Shown here piece after piece: positions 1 to 11,439 of a stretch of DNA of 64,000 nucleotides. Source of the DNA: Octopus sinensis (taxonomy: Eukaryota); NCBI RefSeq assembly GCF_006345805.1, contig NC_043008.1:70432001-70496000 (forward strand), written 5' to 3'. Below the pieces are notes generated by a model, which worked only from the letters and a program-made list of their open reading frames with translations, made no database searches and was not told the DNA's origin. The stretch's first letter is position 1. Every line of letters starts with the position of its first letter. The position numbers and the translations under genes were made by a program.

Positions 1-212
1 GGGCACATATATGTTTCTGGTACTGAAGTCTTCATAAAAATGGACAGACACAGAGTTCCACATCAACAGAATAACATAGATTCATGAGCAAATATTACTG
101 CTTTTATACACATTTGTTGTTAAAACGGAAGATATACATAATCATTTGAAAAATTCAAAGGCATACATATGCTCTGCTTGTTTATGAAAAAAAATGCTTA
201 TAAGAAATTATC

Positions 213-514
213 GCCTTGTGAGTGGATTTGGTAGACGGAAACTGAAAGAAGCCTGTCGTATATATGTATATATATATATGTATGTGTATGTTTGTGTGTC
301 TGTGTTTGTCCCCCTAGCATTACTTGACAACCAATGCTGGTGTGTTTACGTCCCCGTCACTTAGCGGTTCGGCAAAAAGAGACCGATAGAATAAGTACCA
401 GGCTTACAAAGAATAAGTCCCGGGGTCGATTTGCTCGACTAAAGGCGGTGCTCCAGCATGGCCGCAGTCAAATGACTGAAACAAGTAAAAGAGAAAAAGA
501 GAAAGAGAAAGAGA
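213..514 (+). mobile_element. tRNA-headed SINE family A, 5'-truncated copy
   Basis: Matches the body and tail of full-length copies at 1670-2070 and 53388-53835 (gccttgtgagtggatttggtagacggaaactgaaagaag ... gaaacaagtaaaagag). Confidence 0.85.
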
Positions 515-585
515 ATTAAAAATACAATATAAAATATGAAATGCTATAGTAATCATAGAATTAAATACCTCACATAAGTGCTGCT

Positions 586-710
586 GTGGTTGTGCCATGA
601 GAAGTTTACTTCACAACCACATGAACTTTGGACAAGTCTTCTATAGCCTTGGGCTGACCAAAGCCTTGTGAGTGTATTTGCTAGATGGAAACTGAAAGAA
701 GTTCATCGTA

Positions 711-735
<25 letters not shown>
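586..735 (+). mobile_element. SINE family A, decayed 5' half
   Basis: Similar to the family A head and body; ends in (TG)n(TA)n. Confidence 0.7.
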
Positions 736-772
<37 letters not shown>

Positions 773-774
<2 letters not shown>

Positions 775-1215
775 CTAGCAGTATAGCCTGGCATTGCTTG
801 GGCTTGTTTTTTAGTTGCGCTGAAAACGGCATACTTTGATGTCGCGTTAACAAAGTTTTGACATAGTTTCAGTCTTTTTTGAAAAGTAAAACTTTTGCAT
901 TATGTAGCTTGTTATTCTCTTTAAGTGAACATTTTTCTGGTTGAAATACACTGAAAAATAGTGACACAGCAGTCAAAAAATTATAAAAAATAGGTATTTT
1001 CATAGAAAAAACGCACCTTTTTGATGTAAATAATTTTTGGTCTTAACATGGTCCTATTTGAATTTTTTCTTCTACAGAATGAAGAGCAAGTCTTTTTCTC
1101 TCATACTCTCAATTTTGGTCAACTTGAGCCGCAGGGTCTCGGAGGAGATAGTGTTAGTTGAAGGCTACCAAACCTGTCACATACACACACAGACTTTAAC
1201 TTTATATGTATAGAT
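773..1215. mobile_element. Non-autonomous Helitron/Helentron-like element
   Basis: Starts actagcagtatagcctggcattgcttggg, has an internal (AC)n and ends ctttatatgtatagat, resembling the ends of Lep1-type non-autonomous helitrons. No ORF. Confidence 0.45.
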
Positions 1216-1227
1216 ATGAATAAATAT

Positions 1228-1420
1228 AGGCGCATGTGTCTCTGAGTCTGTGTTTGCCCACTACCACCACCACTTGACTACTGGTGTTGCTGTGTTTATG
1301 TCCCTGTAACTTATTAGTTCTGCAAAAGAGGCCAATCGAATAAGTACCAGAAGTTATTTGACTAAAAATGCTTCAAGATGGTGCCCCTGCATAGTCACAG
1401 TTTTATGATTGAAGAAAGTA
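1228..1420 (+). mobile_element. SINE family A, decayed 3' half
   Basis: Degenerate match to the family A 3' region. Confidence 0.65.
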
Positions 1421-1435
1421 AGGGAGTATAAATTT

Positions 1436-1615
1436 GGCATCCACTTTTCCATGCTAGCATGGATCAGAGAGAATTCCTTAAGGCAGATTTCTATTCAATC
1501 TGATGTCATTTCCCATCACTAATTCTCACCTGTTTCTCAGCAAGGTAATATTTCTCATGACCAGTTATGTTTTCCACAAGGGAATAGAAGTGATCAACAT
1601 TGCTTCTATGACAGT
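1436..1615 (-). mobile_element. Family B-related short retroposon fragment (variant)
   Basis: Tail tccacttttccatgctagcatgg as in family B. A related copy in the opposite orientation lies at ~45200-45420. Confidence 0.55.
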
Positions 1616-1669
1616 AATACTTGTTTACAAACAGCATGTAATGTCAAAACAAGAATACACACACTAATA

Positions 1670-2070
1670 TAGGTGCAGGAGTGGGTGTATGTTAAGAAGC
1701 TTATTTCCCAACCACATGGTTCTGGGGTCAGTCCCACTATGTGGCACCTTGGGCAAGTGTCTTCTACTGTAGCCTCGGGCTGACCAAAGCCTTGTGAGTG
1801 GATTTGATAGACAGAAGCTGAAAGAAGCCTATGGTATATATATTTATATATATATGTACGCATGTATTTGTGTGTCTGTGTTTGTCCTTCTACCATCGCT
1901 TGACAACTGATCTTCGTGTGTTTATGTTCCTGTAACTTAGTGGTTCAGCAAATGAGACCAACAGACTAAGTACTAGGCTTACAAAGAATAAGTCCTGGGG
2001 TCAATTTGTTTGACTAAAGGTGGTGCTCCAGCATGGCAGCAGTCAAATGACTAGAACGAGTAAAAGAGTA
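1670..2070 (+). mobile_element. SINE family A, full length
   Basis: Head aggtgcaggagtgggtgtatgttaag with B-box-like gggtcagtccc, central (TA/TG)n and tail gtaaaagagtaaa. Confidence 0.9.
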
Positions 2071-2134
2071 AACATACATGCATACACACACACGGGTGCA
2101 CACACACACACACACACAGACTCTTATATATATC

Positions 2135-2329
2135 TTTTACTCATGTCATGCTGGAGCACTGCTTTCAAAAATTTTGGTAGTTGAATGAATCGACCCCAGT
2201 ACTTATTTTTGTTAAGCCTGGTGCTTATTCTGTCAGTCTCTTTTTGCCAAACCACTAAGTTACAGAGATGTAAACACACCAACAGCATTTGTCAAGCAGT
2301 GATGGGGACAAACACACACAAAAATACAG

Positions 2330-2366
<37 letters not shown>

Positions 2367-2536
2367 GTGTGTGTGTGTATGATAGGTTTTTTTCGGTTTC
2401 TATCTACCAAACCCACTTACAAGGCGATGGTTGGCCCAATGTTATAGTAAAAGACACTTGCCCAAGGTGCCACACAATGGGACTGAACCGTGTGGTTAGG
2501 AACCAAACTTTTTACCTCACAGCCATGCTTGCACCT
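2135..2536 (-). mobile_element. SINE family A, full length, inverted relative to 1670-2070
   Basis: Reverse complement matches family A from head to tail. Confidence 0.85.
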
Positions 2537-2674
2537 ATGCACATCAAGCCTTGTTGGGTCAAGAGGCATGTACCCACACTAGTGATCACTAAGCAGAAGA
2601 GAACGGTGCGATCTACTGTTCCACACAACTACCTTGTCCAATCAGCAAGACCATACATATATATATATATATAT

Positions 2675-2890
2675 CATCATCATCATCATCATCATTTAGC
2701 GTCCGTTTTCCATGCTAGCATGGGTTGGACGGTTTAACTGGGGTCTGTGAAGCCGGAAGGCTTCATCAGGCCCAGTCAGATTTGGCAGTGTTTCTACGGC
2801 TGGATGCCCTTCCTAATGCCAACCACTCTGTGAGTGTAGTGGGTGCTTTTTACGTGCCACCTGCACAGGTGCCAGACAGAGCTGGCAAAC
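2675..2890 (-). mobile_element. Family B: RTE 3'-UTR-derived short retroposon with (GAT)n tail
   Basis: (CAT)n-ttagcgtccgttttccatgctagcatgggttggacgg...; same sequence as the 3' UTR contiguous with the RTE ORF at 23560-24665. Confidence 0.85.
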
Positions 2891-2904
2891 GGCCAGCTAT
2901 AAAC

Positions 2905-2985
2905 CTTAGACAAGGCACACCACTCGTCACCTCTATCAATCTCAGCTACAAGGCTTAGACAAGACACACCACTCGTCACCTCAGC
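2905..2985. repeat. Direct repeat, 2 x ~29 bp, period ~50
   Basis: cttagacaaggcacaccactcgtcacctc / cttagacaagacacaccactcgtcacctc. Confidence 0.85.
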
Positions 2986-3017
2986 AGTAAACCTTAGATT
3001 TCATAAACATTATTTCT

Positions 3018-3190
3018 TTGGTCTTCCCATACAAACACACATGCATGCACACACCTATACACATGAACACATGCATGCACACACATCACTATACATACAT
3101 ACATACTCACACACATGCACACAGACATACACATATATACATACACACAAATAACCATATACATAAACACATACGCATTCACACATCAAT

Positions 3191-3255
<65 letters not shown>

Positions 3256-3638
3256 CATACTCACACCTACATACACACAGAAATGCAAACACCTCTATAC
3301 ACACACACATGCATGCATGTACACACACATGCATGCATGTACACACACATACACCTATACACATACTCACACGTGCACACCTATACATACACACACATCA
3401 TTATACATACTCACACACATACACACAAATATACATGCCCACACACCTATATACATGCATACACACACACACCTATATACATAAACATACATAAACAATT
3501 AGGCATGCACACATATATACATACACACACAAAAATGCTCACACCTATATGCATACACACAAATGCACACACCTATATATACATACACACACACACATAT
3601 ATACACACACACACACATATGCATGCACACACACACAC
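3018..3638. repeat. Compound (CA)n/(TA)n microsatellite
   Basis: Seen directly; source of the His/Thr-rich spurious ORFs. Confidence 0.95.
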
Positions 3639-4427
3639 TTCTAGCAAATGGCAAGAAGGTCAAAGGTGAGAGCAACGTACCTGGGTGGCCAGTTCTATGT
3701 TGGCCGTTTTGCTGTCGACGGTGATGCTGAGTACACCATATATATATATATATCATTCAAAAGGCTTTGGTTGACTTGCAGGTATAGTAGAAGTCTCTTG
3801 TCCAAGGTACTTGACAGTGGGACTGAACAAAGAGAGTCACAATTATAAAAAAATTATATACATATATCTCAGACATATTTGTGGTTTTAGTTTTTCAATC
3901 CTGTCTACATATTTTCAGTTTAAAAACTGAGCTGTATAAAAACAGTACAGTTCATTTACTACGTTTATTAGTATTCCATTGATATGGCTACCTTGTGCCT
4001 ATATATTTTACTAGACACATTCACAGCCAGAGATGGTATGAAATATGTTTGTGTGTTTAGCTCAATATACATAGTTTGATATCTTTTTCATGGGTCTCTT
4101 CATATTTACTGTGTTTACATACATCATTTTATTATTACTCTCAACCTGATGTTTTACATTTATTTTTTATTGAGCTCTTTAGTAAATGATTTGTCTAAAG
4201 AAATATTTTTATTCTCAGTGTAAGTTATTTAATCATATATATATATATATAAAGATAAAAGGTGAACAAGCAGTTACATATGGCATCAAAACATTTATAA
4301 AGATGTTAAGTAAATATGATTTAGAAGGAAAAGAAGGTAGTGTTTGGTCTTAAATGAACACAGTGTGTATGCATTCTCCCAATTTAATGATGTCTTCTTA
4401 TCCATTACACACACATACCATCATTAT

Positions 4428-4560
4428 TATTGCCATCATCATTTAACTTCCATTTTCCATATAGACATGGGTTGGACAGTTTGATAGGAGCTAGAGAATT
4501 GTATCAAGCTCTGATTCCTGATCTGGCATGGTTACTATGGTTGGAGGCTCTTCCTAATGC
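4428..4560 (-). mobile_element. Family B copy, decayed
   Basis: catcatcatttaacttccattttcc...catgggttggacag...cttcctaatgccaa. Confidence 0.7.
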
Positions 4561-4589
4561 CAATCATTTTTACTGAGTATATTGGCTGA

Positions 4590-4990
4590 AGTCACCAATT
4601 AATTTGTAAGACAAGTTCCCTCAAATGAGTTGGGTGTAATATTGTGGGAGGTGACTTTATGCCGGGTGATGGGATGTCAAAGTATGAGAGAGAGACAGGT
4701 ACAGGTGTTTTGCAGTAGGGGTGATATGTTGTTATCCCTATTGAGAAAGAGAAATTATGGAAAGACAGCAGTGAAGATGTGTCAGGGCATACACCCAAGT
4801 TACAGGAAGATGTATGTAAGGGAAGTGATACAGAAGATTGGACAGGGTGAGTGTGTAGGTAAGTTAGTTCACTGGAGTGTGGGAAGACAGTGTCAGGTGA
4901 GCAGAAGGGAATGTATTGAGAGGTGAACATGGCTGGAGGCTTAGTCATTCATGAATATCAGTTGGAGAGGAAAGTAGAGGTAGTAGAAGT
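4590..4990 (-). mobile_element. Decayed L2/CR1-like LINE reverse transcriptase C-terminal fragment
   Basis: Minus ORF contains CNLGVCPDTSSLLSFHN, resembling the RT thumb motif (NLGV.lDs.LsF..H). Confidence 0.5.
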
Positions 4991-5286
4991 CAGTCAGAGA
5001 GGTGATAAGTGGTAGCACAGATTATGTAAAGTGTGTGGGGTGGGGTTTATATTATCATCATTATCATTGCTTTATGTTCACTTTCCTTGTTGGCTTGGGT
5101 TGGAGGGATAGACCATCACAGATTAAGTCAGTCTTTATTCTGAACTACTGTACTCCAAGATCACTCAGAGGAATCATGTCTTTCTACATTCTGCTTTCAA
5201 CCTGACAACTGATAGGGAAGTGTGGCCAGTATTAAAGCAGTTCTCAACCATTTTAGGAACAGTTCATTTATGCATTTCATCTAAAT

Positions 5287-5528
5287 CAGTGTTTTTCAAC
5301 TATTTTTACCTATGGACCCCTTTGATTCCTATTTTATTCAGATGGGTTCACCTAATGATTCAATGCTAAAAAAATCCCTTAATATTTTTATAATTAAACA
5401 TTATTAGGAATTGTACAAGAAAATTTGTTAAAATATTTTGTGTATAGTAGAAGTGTAACTAATATATTTCAGATGAATATATTATGTTGACCCCCAATGG
5501 TCATATGGATCCTAGTTGAAAACCACTA
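5287..5528. mobile_element. hAT-like MITE
   Basis: TIRs cagtgtttttcaac / gttgaaaaccacta; 8-bp flanks atctaaat / acctaaat (7 of 8 match) fit a hAT target-site duplication. Confidence 0.7.
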
Positions 5529-6200
5529 ACCTAAATTTCTTACTAAATCAAAAACTATTCCAGCATTGTAAACATGTTATAATGTTAGTTTTGTTGTTGT
5601 TGCTTTTAGTGCTGAGTTAGTCATGATTGAGCAAACCCATGATCGAAGCAGTTCTAGTCATGACTAACCCATATTTTGGTATATCTGTATCTACATTATT
5701 CAATGTGTCCTTACATTCTCTTTTATTTTTCTTTACCAAGAGGCTAAGTTATAACCTGGTTGCTATTTTGAGCAACCACATTAAGGCTTTTGCACTGCTA
5801 TGGCTGTCATCAGAAGGCAAAGTTACCTCATTATAATCATTATATTACAAAACCAGAGACAGTATATTATTACCAAAAATAAAAAAATATATATATAAAA
5901 ACAACCATGAAATCTGTGTTCAGGCTGACAGAACAAGGTTCTTGTATCAACAGCAACTTAATAATTAACCATTATTTACAGTTCTATAAATACACGTCTA
6001 TCATTTGTCTTGAAGCCTATCTGTGTCTTGTCATGGCACTTTCATGATGAAGTATTACTTAACAACATCGCATTATCAAAGCGACTCACACAACTTAGTT
6101 GTTAGGTAATTCCTGATTGTAGGTACTTCACTTCTCTCTCTAATTACAACCACACACTCACAACACACATACATATATATATATATATAGAGAGAGAGAG

Positions 6201-6231
<31 letters not shown>

Positions 6232-6831
6232 GATCGATAGATAGATATATGAGTCCGCATAGTACTTGAAAACCAACTGAGCAGAGAAGGAGTCTGAGAT
6301 TTTTATCCTTTGATCGTGCAAAACCTAGCTGGTTTTCAAGTCTCTATTGTATCCATATACAAATAGGAACTGTAGCTAAAAAGTGAAATTATTTTGTCAC
6401 TCAAATTTGTGACAGTCTGTTACTAATAGCAAATAGAAAATATACATCTATTCAGTATTTGCTATGCAATAAAACATTCCATAATAATATATTCTGTATT
6501 TTGTACTCTACTCACCTTGCATCTATATTTTCTAAAGTACCGTTGCATCATGGCAATAGAGTCTTTCAACAGTAATGGCAGTATTGTAAAATTGATGATT
6601 GTTTCTTTGTTTTCTCTTAGTGCTGAGTCATTGTGCAGCTCTTTCTTTCAATGCATTAGAAATACAGACAAGCAAAACACTGCACATACCTGAACACGGA
6701 GTTGCATATGGTTGTGCAGTAAAAACAGGCAACACAGAAGTAATGCTATTGAAATGATGAGAAGAAGGATGATAATAATTATAATAGTAATAATAATAGT
6801 AATGATAACAATAATAATAATAATAATAAAT

Positions 6832-7400
6832 GCCCTGATGCAGTACCAGATAGTGGCTCTCATGGCTTCTGATCTTAACTGATTGGAAGTGTTATCATGT
6901 ACATTGTTTTGTCTTGGTATAAAAGATGGGCTACAGCAAATATTCTGCTCAATACCACAGATTTGCTTGTCAGTTGTTTGACCTTAACCATTTGAGCATG
7001 TCCCTTAGTGGCTAACGATATGTGCATCTCTGATTATGAGCAGAAGTAGTGGGGAAGCATCATAGCCCCTTGTTGAGAGAAACTCTTTGGGGTTTGGATA
7101 ATTCACCTTTGGAAACATGGGTGGTTTGTTCAATATCCTTAAGCAATCTTTATTCAGGGACCTTTTGAGCAGGAGGGGCTACTTGACCAGAAGAAAATTC
7201 TAACTGGACCCCACCACCAAGTTCTTGTGCTGTTTATCTTGATATGAGATCACCATGTCACACACATATGGTTGTGATGCATGTGCCTGGTATACTCTTA
7301 TCAGATGGGTAGTCATGATGGATATACTAGGATTCGTATATTTTACCCCAGTATCACTTTGATAGCATGCACTGCTCTCTCACTCAATAATAATAATAAT
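6832..7400. mobile_element. Interspersed repeat family E, flanked by (AAT)n
   Basis: A second partial copy at ~45960-46130 shares gcaaatattctgctca...catgtcccttagtggct...gagcag. Confidence 0.75.
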
Positions 7401-7674
7401 GATAATAGCAGTTCTGGATCTCCTTCAATTTATAATGAGGTTTCAATTGTTCAGTCAACTGAATTACCTGCTTCTGAATTACTTTGTAAATGGTTGAGTA
7501 TTTCACAGGCTTCTGTTCAGTTTCTATCTTCCTAGATTCACTCACAAGTTATGGGTTAACCCATAGCTATAAGCAATATCTGTAACCCAAGATGCTTTGC
7601 AATGGAGTTGAACCTGGAACATCATGTTTCATAGCAAACTTCTTAACGATTCAGCCATACTACAACTACTATAA

Positions 7675-8070
7675 TAATAATAACAATAATGACAAAAATG
7701 ATCCATTCTACTAAAGGCACAAGGCCTGAAATTTGAGGGATTGGGACTAATCGATTACATTGACCCCAGTGATTCACTGGTACTTAATTTATTAACCCCG
7801 AAAAGATGAAAGGCAATGTCAACCTCAGCGGAATTTAAACTTAGAACATAGCAACAGGTGAAATACCACAAAGCATTTCATCCAGCATGCTAATGATTCT
7901 GCCATCTCACCACAGAATAATAAGAATCCTTTCTACTTTAGACACAAAGCTTGAAATTTTGGAGGTGGGAGTTAATAGAGTACATCAATCCCAGTGCTCA
8001 ACTGCTACCAATTTGATCGAAACTGGAAGGATGAAAGGCAAAATTGATTTCATCGGAATTGAGGAAAGCT
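7675..8070 (-). mobile_element. Two tandem copies of tRNA-headed SINE family D
   Basis: Repeated cctttctact...ggcacaaggcctgaaattt...gatgaaaggcaa...ggaattt; tRNA-like head at the right end. Confidence 0.8.
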
Positions 8071-8172
8071 TAGCTTGAGATTAAAAAGCTTTATTTTCAA
8101 GTCTTTCAGCCCTGTCCATAATGCTATTTATTCTTTTCACCATAGTCACCAACTATTCTGAGATGGATTCAT

Positions 8173-8570
8173 AAGTGCAGGCATGGTTGTGTGGTAAGAA
8201 GTTTACTTCCCAGCCACATGGTTCTGGGTTCAGTCCTACTGTGTGCAACCTGAATCAAATGTTTTCTATTATAGCCTTGGCCTGACCAAAACCTTCTGAG
8301 TGGATTTCATTGATGAAAACTGAAAGAATCCCATTGTGTGTGTATGTGCATACATGTGTGTGTGTGATTTTTTGTTTGTCCCCTAACCAGTGTTTGTTTG
8401 CTTATATTCTTGTATCTTAGTAGTTTGGCAAATAAAGATTGATATAATAGTACCAGGCTTAGGAAGGAAAAATTAAGTACTGGGGTTGATTTTTTTCTGC
8501 TAAACCCTTCAAAGCAGTACCCCAGCGTGGCTGCAGACTAATGATGGAAACAAAACAAACAGTGAAAGAT
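8173..8570 (+). mobile_element. SINE family A, full length, decayed
   Basis: Head-to-tail similarity to family A. Confidence 0.85.
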
Positions 8571-9800
8571 ACAGAAGAAAACTACATTGTTTTACCTGTC
8601 AAAGGAAGGTAGTGATTTGATCTTCATCATAGACTTATGGTAACACTAGTTTCAAAAATCATTACTACACAGACACTCTATGAGCATGTGATAAATGGTT
8701 TTTGCCAAGCAATACACCTCTCAGAAGGTGGATAAGGTTTTTATTTATTTGGGGTGGGTTATCATCAATTAAAATAATTTCTATCCATATTTTTTGTTTA
8801 TTTTATTTTATTTTGTAATTGGTAACCAATAGCATCATTAGATGTAGGTTCAGTGTATTTGTGAAAGTGATGGTGACAGAGGAGTGGTTGTAACTCAATG
8901 CAGAACAAATATAACAAAGGGCTTTGTTCAGTGTTTATAATTTTCTCAAAGATACACATCAGCAAAATACACACTCACACACACATATGCATGCACACAC
9001 ACATACGTGCACGCGTGCATGCACACACACACACACTCACCCACACAAATTATTATTTCATAGCTGAAAATAAATGAAGTATTTTATATGTGAAATAAAT
9101 ATATATGAACAAAACAGATTAGATAATAAAAGTTTCATGTAAGTTTCATTTGCCTGCATTCATCAGATGTGCCTGTTCAGTTCTAGAATAGTCACTAAAA
9201 TAGACACTTTAAGTCTTGTGAGCTTATTTGTTTGAATGATCACTATGAACTCACACATATATAAAATGGGCTTCTACAGAGTTGCCAAAACATCCTTGGA
9301 GTTTTAATAAGTATTTGCAAGCTACTTTTTATTTCTCTGTTGAAAACTGAGATTAAGCTCCTCTAGTGAGTTGGCAAAAACCATGTGAGACTAGTCATGC
9401 TGTTCTTTGGTGTGATCTACAAGTTCTGTGATTTAAACATAATGTATATTCATAGAGAAACGCGAAATATATAATTGTTAAACACACACTTGTAAATCTT
9501 TTTATGAATTAGCCATCTCCGTATTACTGTTCAGTTTGGTTTGTTAGGTGACTTAGTCCATCAGTTTCAGTAGATAAAGAAGAAATCCTATAACCATATT
9601 TGTAAAACATATCTATTATATACGCTTTGAGCATACCACTTTACCAAACACTTTCGATTATTTTGTAAAATAAAAATAAAACCAGTATATATGTATATAT
9701 ATATATACATACATTAAAACAGAAAATGAAAAACAGAAAATTTTGCGTCACTAGAAAAACATTTAATTTCAATAGGGAATATAAGCATAACACAGATTAG

Positions 9801-10136
9801 TTATGATAAAAAGATAGTCTCTTACAACTGTTACTAGAATAGGCAAGCATATGGATCATGATATTGAGTAAGGATTCCATAACTTAAGTATTGTGTCATC
9901 TGAGAGAGAAAAGTCGGGGAATATAGAAATGAAGAATATCCCCAATCGAGGATAGTGCTTTCCAGTTCATCAAGAGATGAAGGAAAGATCAAAACAAAAA
10001 GTACTAATGTTCTTGATATGGGGATGTTCTTCATTTTGATATTTTCTAGGTTTTCATATGGAAATATTACTAGTATCATAATCCACATGCTAGGTTATTT
10101 TAGAAACAGCTGTAAGAGACTATCTTTTTATCATAA
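9801..10136. mobile_element. Foldback element with decayed hammerhead-like termini (PLE-related)
   Basis: Arms ttatgataaaaagatagtctcttacaactgtt... / ...gaaacagctgtaagagactatctttttatcataa. The minus arm reads UCUCU-CAGAUGA...GUAAC-AGUU-GUA-AGAGA. Confidence 0.7.
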
Positions 10137-10404
10137 TTATTCTGCACAATGTTTATATTCTCTATTAAATGCTTTTCAGTGACACCAAATGTTTTGCTTA
10201 TTCTTTAATCTATATCCGCTCACTCAAGCACAAACCATTTCTAATCTCCTTTGACAGGGATTTTTAGCGGCACATTTTCAGTTGCAGTTCAAACTAGATT
10301 TTTAGTAGTAAACCAAACTCAGCACTCATAGCACATACATAATACATTACATTAATTGATGAAAACTCCTTGTATAATTCATGTGTGTGTGTGTGTATAT
10401 GTGT

Positions 10405-10620
10405 GTAGGTGGTTAGGATGTTGTGTTCACAATTGTAGACCATGGTTTCAGTTCCCACATCAGTCATGCATTGTGTTCCTGAGCAAAACACTTCATTTCT
10501 TATTGCTCCAGTCCTCTCAACTGTAAACAGGTAACCTTGAAACAAACTGGTGTTCCATTCAGGGGGAACATTTACCACCCCGTGTAGCTTGCAGGATAGA
10601 ATCATTTTAAAGCTACAACA
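10405..10620 (+). mobile_element. tRNA-headed SINE family C (CORE/Meta-like body)
   Basis: ggtggttagg...ggtttcagttccc...gcattgtgttcctgagcaaaacacttcattt. An opposite-strand copy lies at ~29610-29755. Confidence 0.6.
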
Positions 10621-10688
10621 ATGCAAGGTGGAAGCAGTGCTGTATATCCATGTCTGATAGTATGGGTATAGTGATATATAGATCCATA

Positions 10689-10753
<65 letters not shown>

Positions 10754-10809
10754 TATATATGTATGTATTTATATGTATGTATAAATATATATATGTATAT
10801 ATATGTATG

Positions 10810-10875
<66 letters not shown>

Positions 10876-10954
10876 TTATACATATATAGATAGATCGCTA
10901 GGACACCAAACTGTATGCATGCGACTATATATATATATATATATATACATACAT

Positions 10955-11275
10955 AAAAAAGAATACAAAAAAATGGGACAGGAGTGCAAGACATGACAAC
11001 AAGATATCCAGCCAATCAGATGATACAAAAAGGGACAAGAAAAAACAAAGATGGGTCATTCAAAGCTTTCTGTGATCATTTCAGTTCCAGATTATCTTTG
11101 CAGTTTCAGCTAGTTATACTCAAGACTCAGTGATAATCTGGAACTCGACTGATGAAAGAAAACTCTGAATGACCCTTCCATGTTTTTTTTTTGTCCCTTC
11201 TTTGCATCATCTAACTGTCTGTATGTCTTGCTGTTGCCTGTTGCGTGCTTGTCCCATTTGTTGTATTCTTTTATT
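10955..11275. mobile_element. Inverted duplication of a short interspersed element
   Basis: ~140-bp diverged arms (gggtcattc...ttccagattatc / gataatctggaa...gaatgaccc). A single copy of the same family lies at 25485-25597. Confidence 0.7.
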
Positions 11276-11439
11276 TATATATATATATATATATCATTAG
11301 ATAGATATAGAATTGTCTAAGAATTTCTAAGTCAGAAAAGAAAAGGCAGTTTTATATTTGTCAATAGATTCAGTATATTAATCATTTTATGGGGTGAAAG
11401 CACAAATCAGTGAAAAGTATAAATGCAATGTTATTACCA

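Noticed and set aside
9181-9310. Two tiny exons (SRIVTKIDTLSL, SCQNILGVLI) that would phase-link 8605 to 10258
   Set aside because: Chosen after the fact to fit phases; expected by chance at this density of AG/GT sites.
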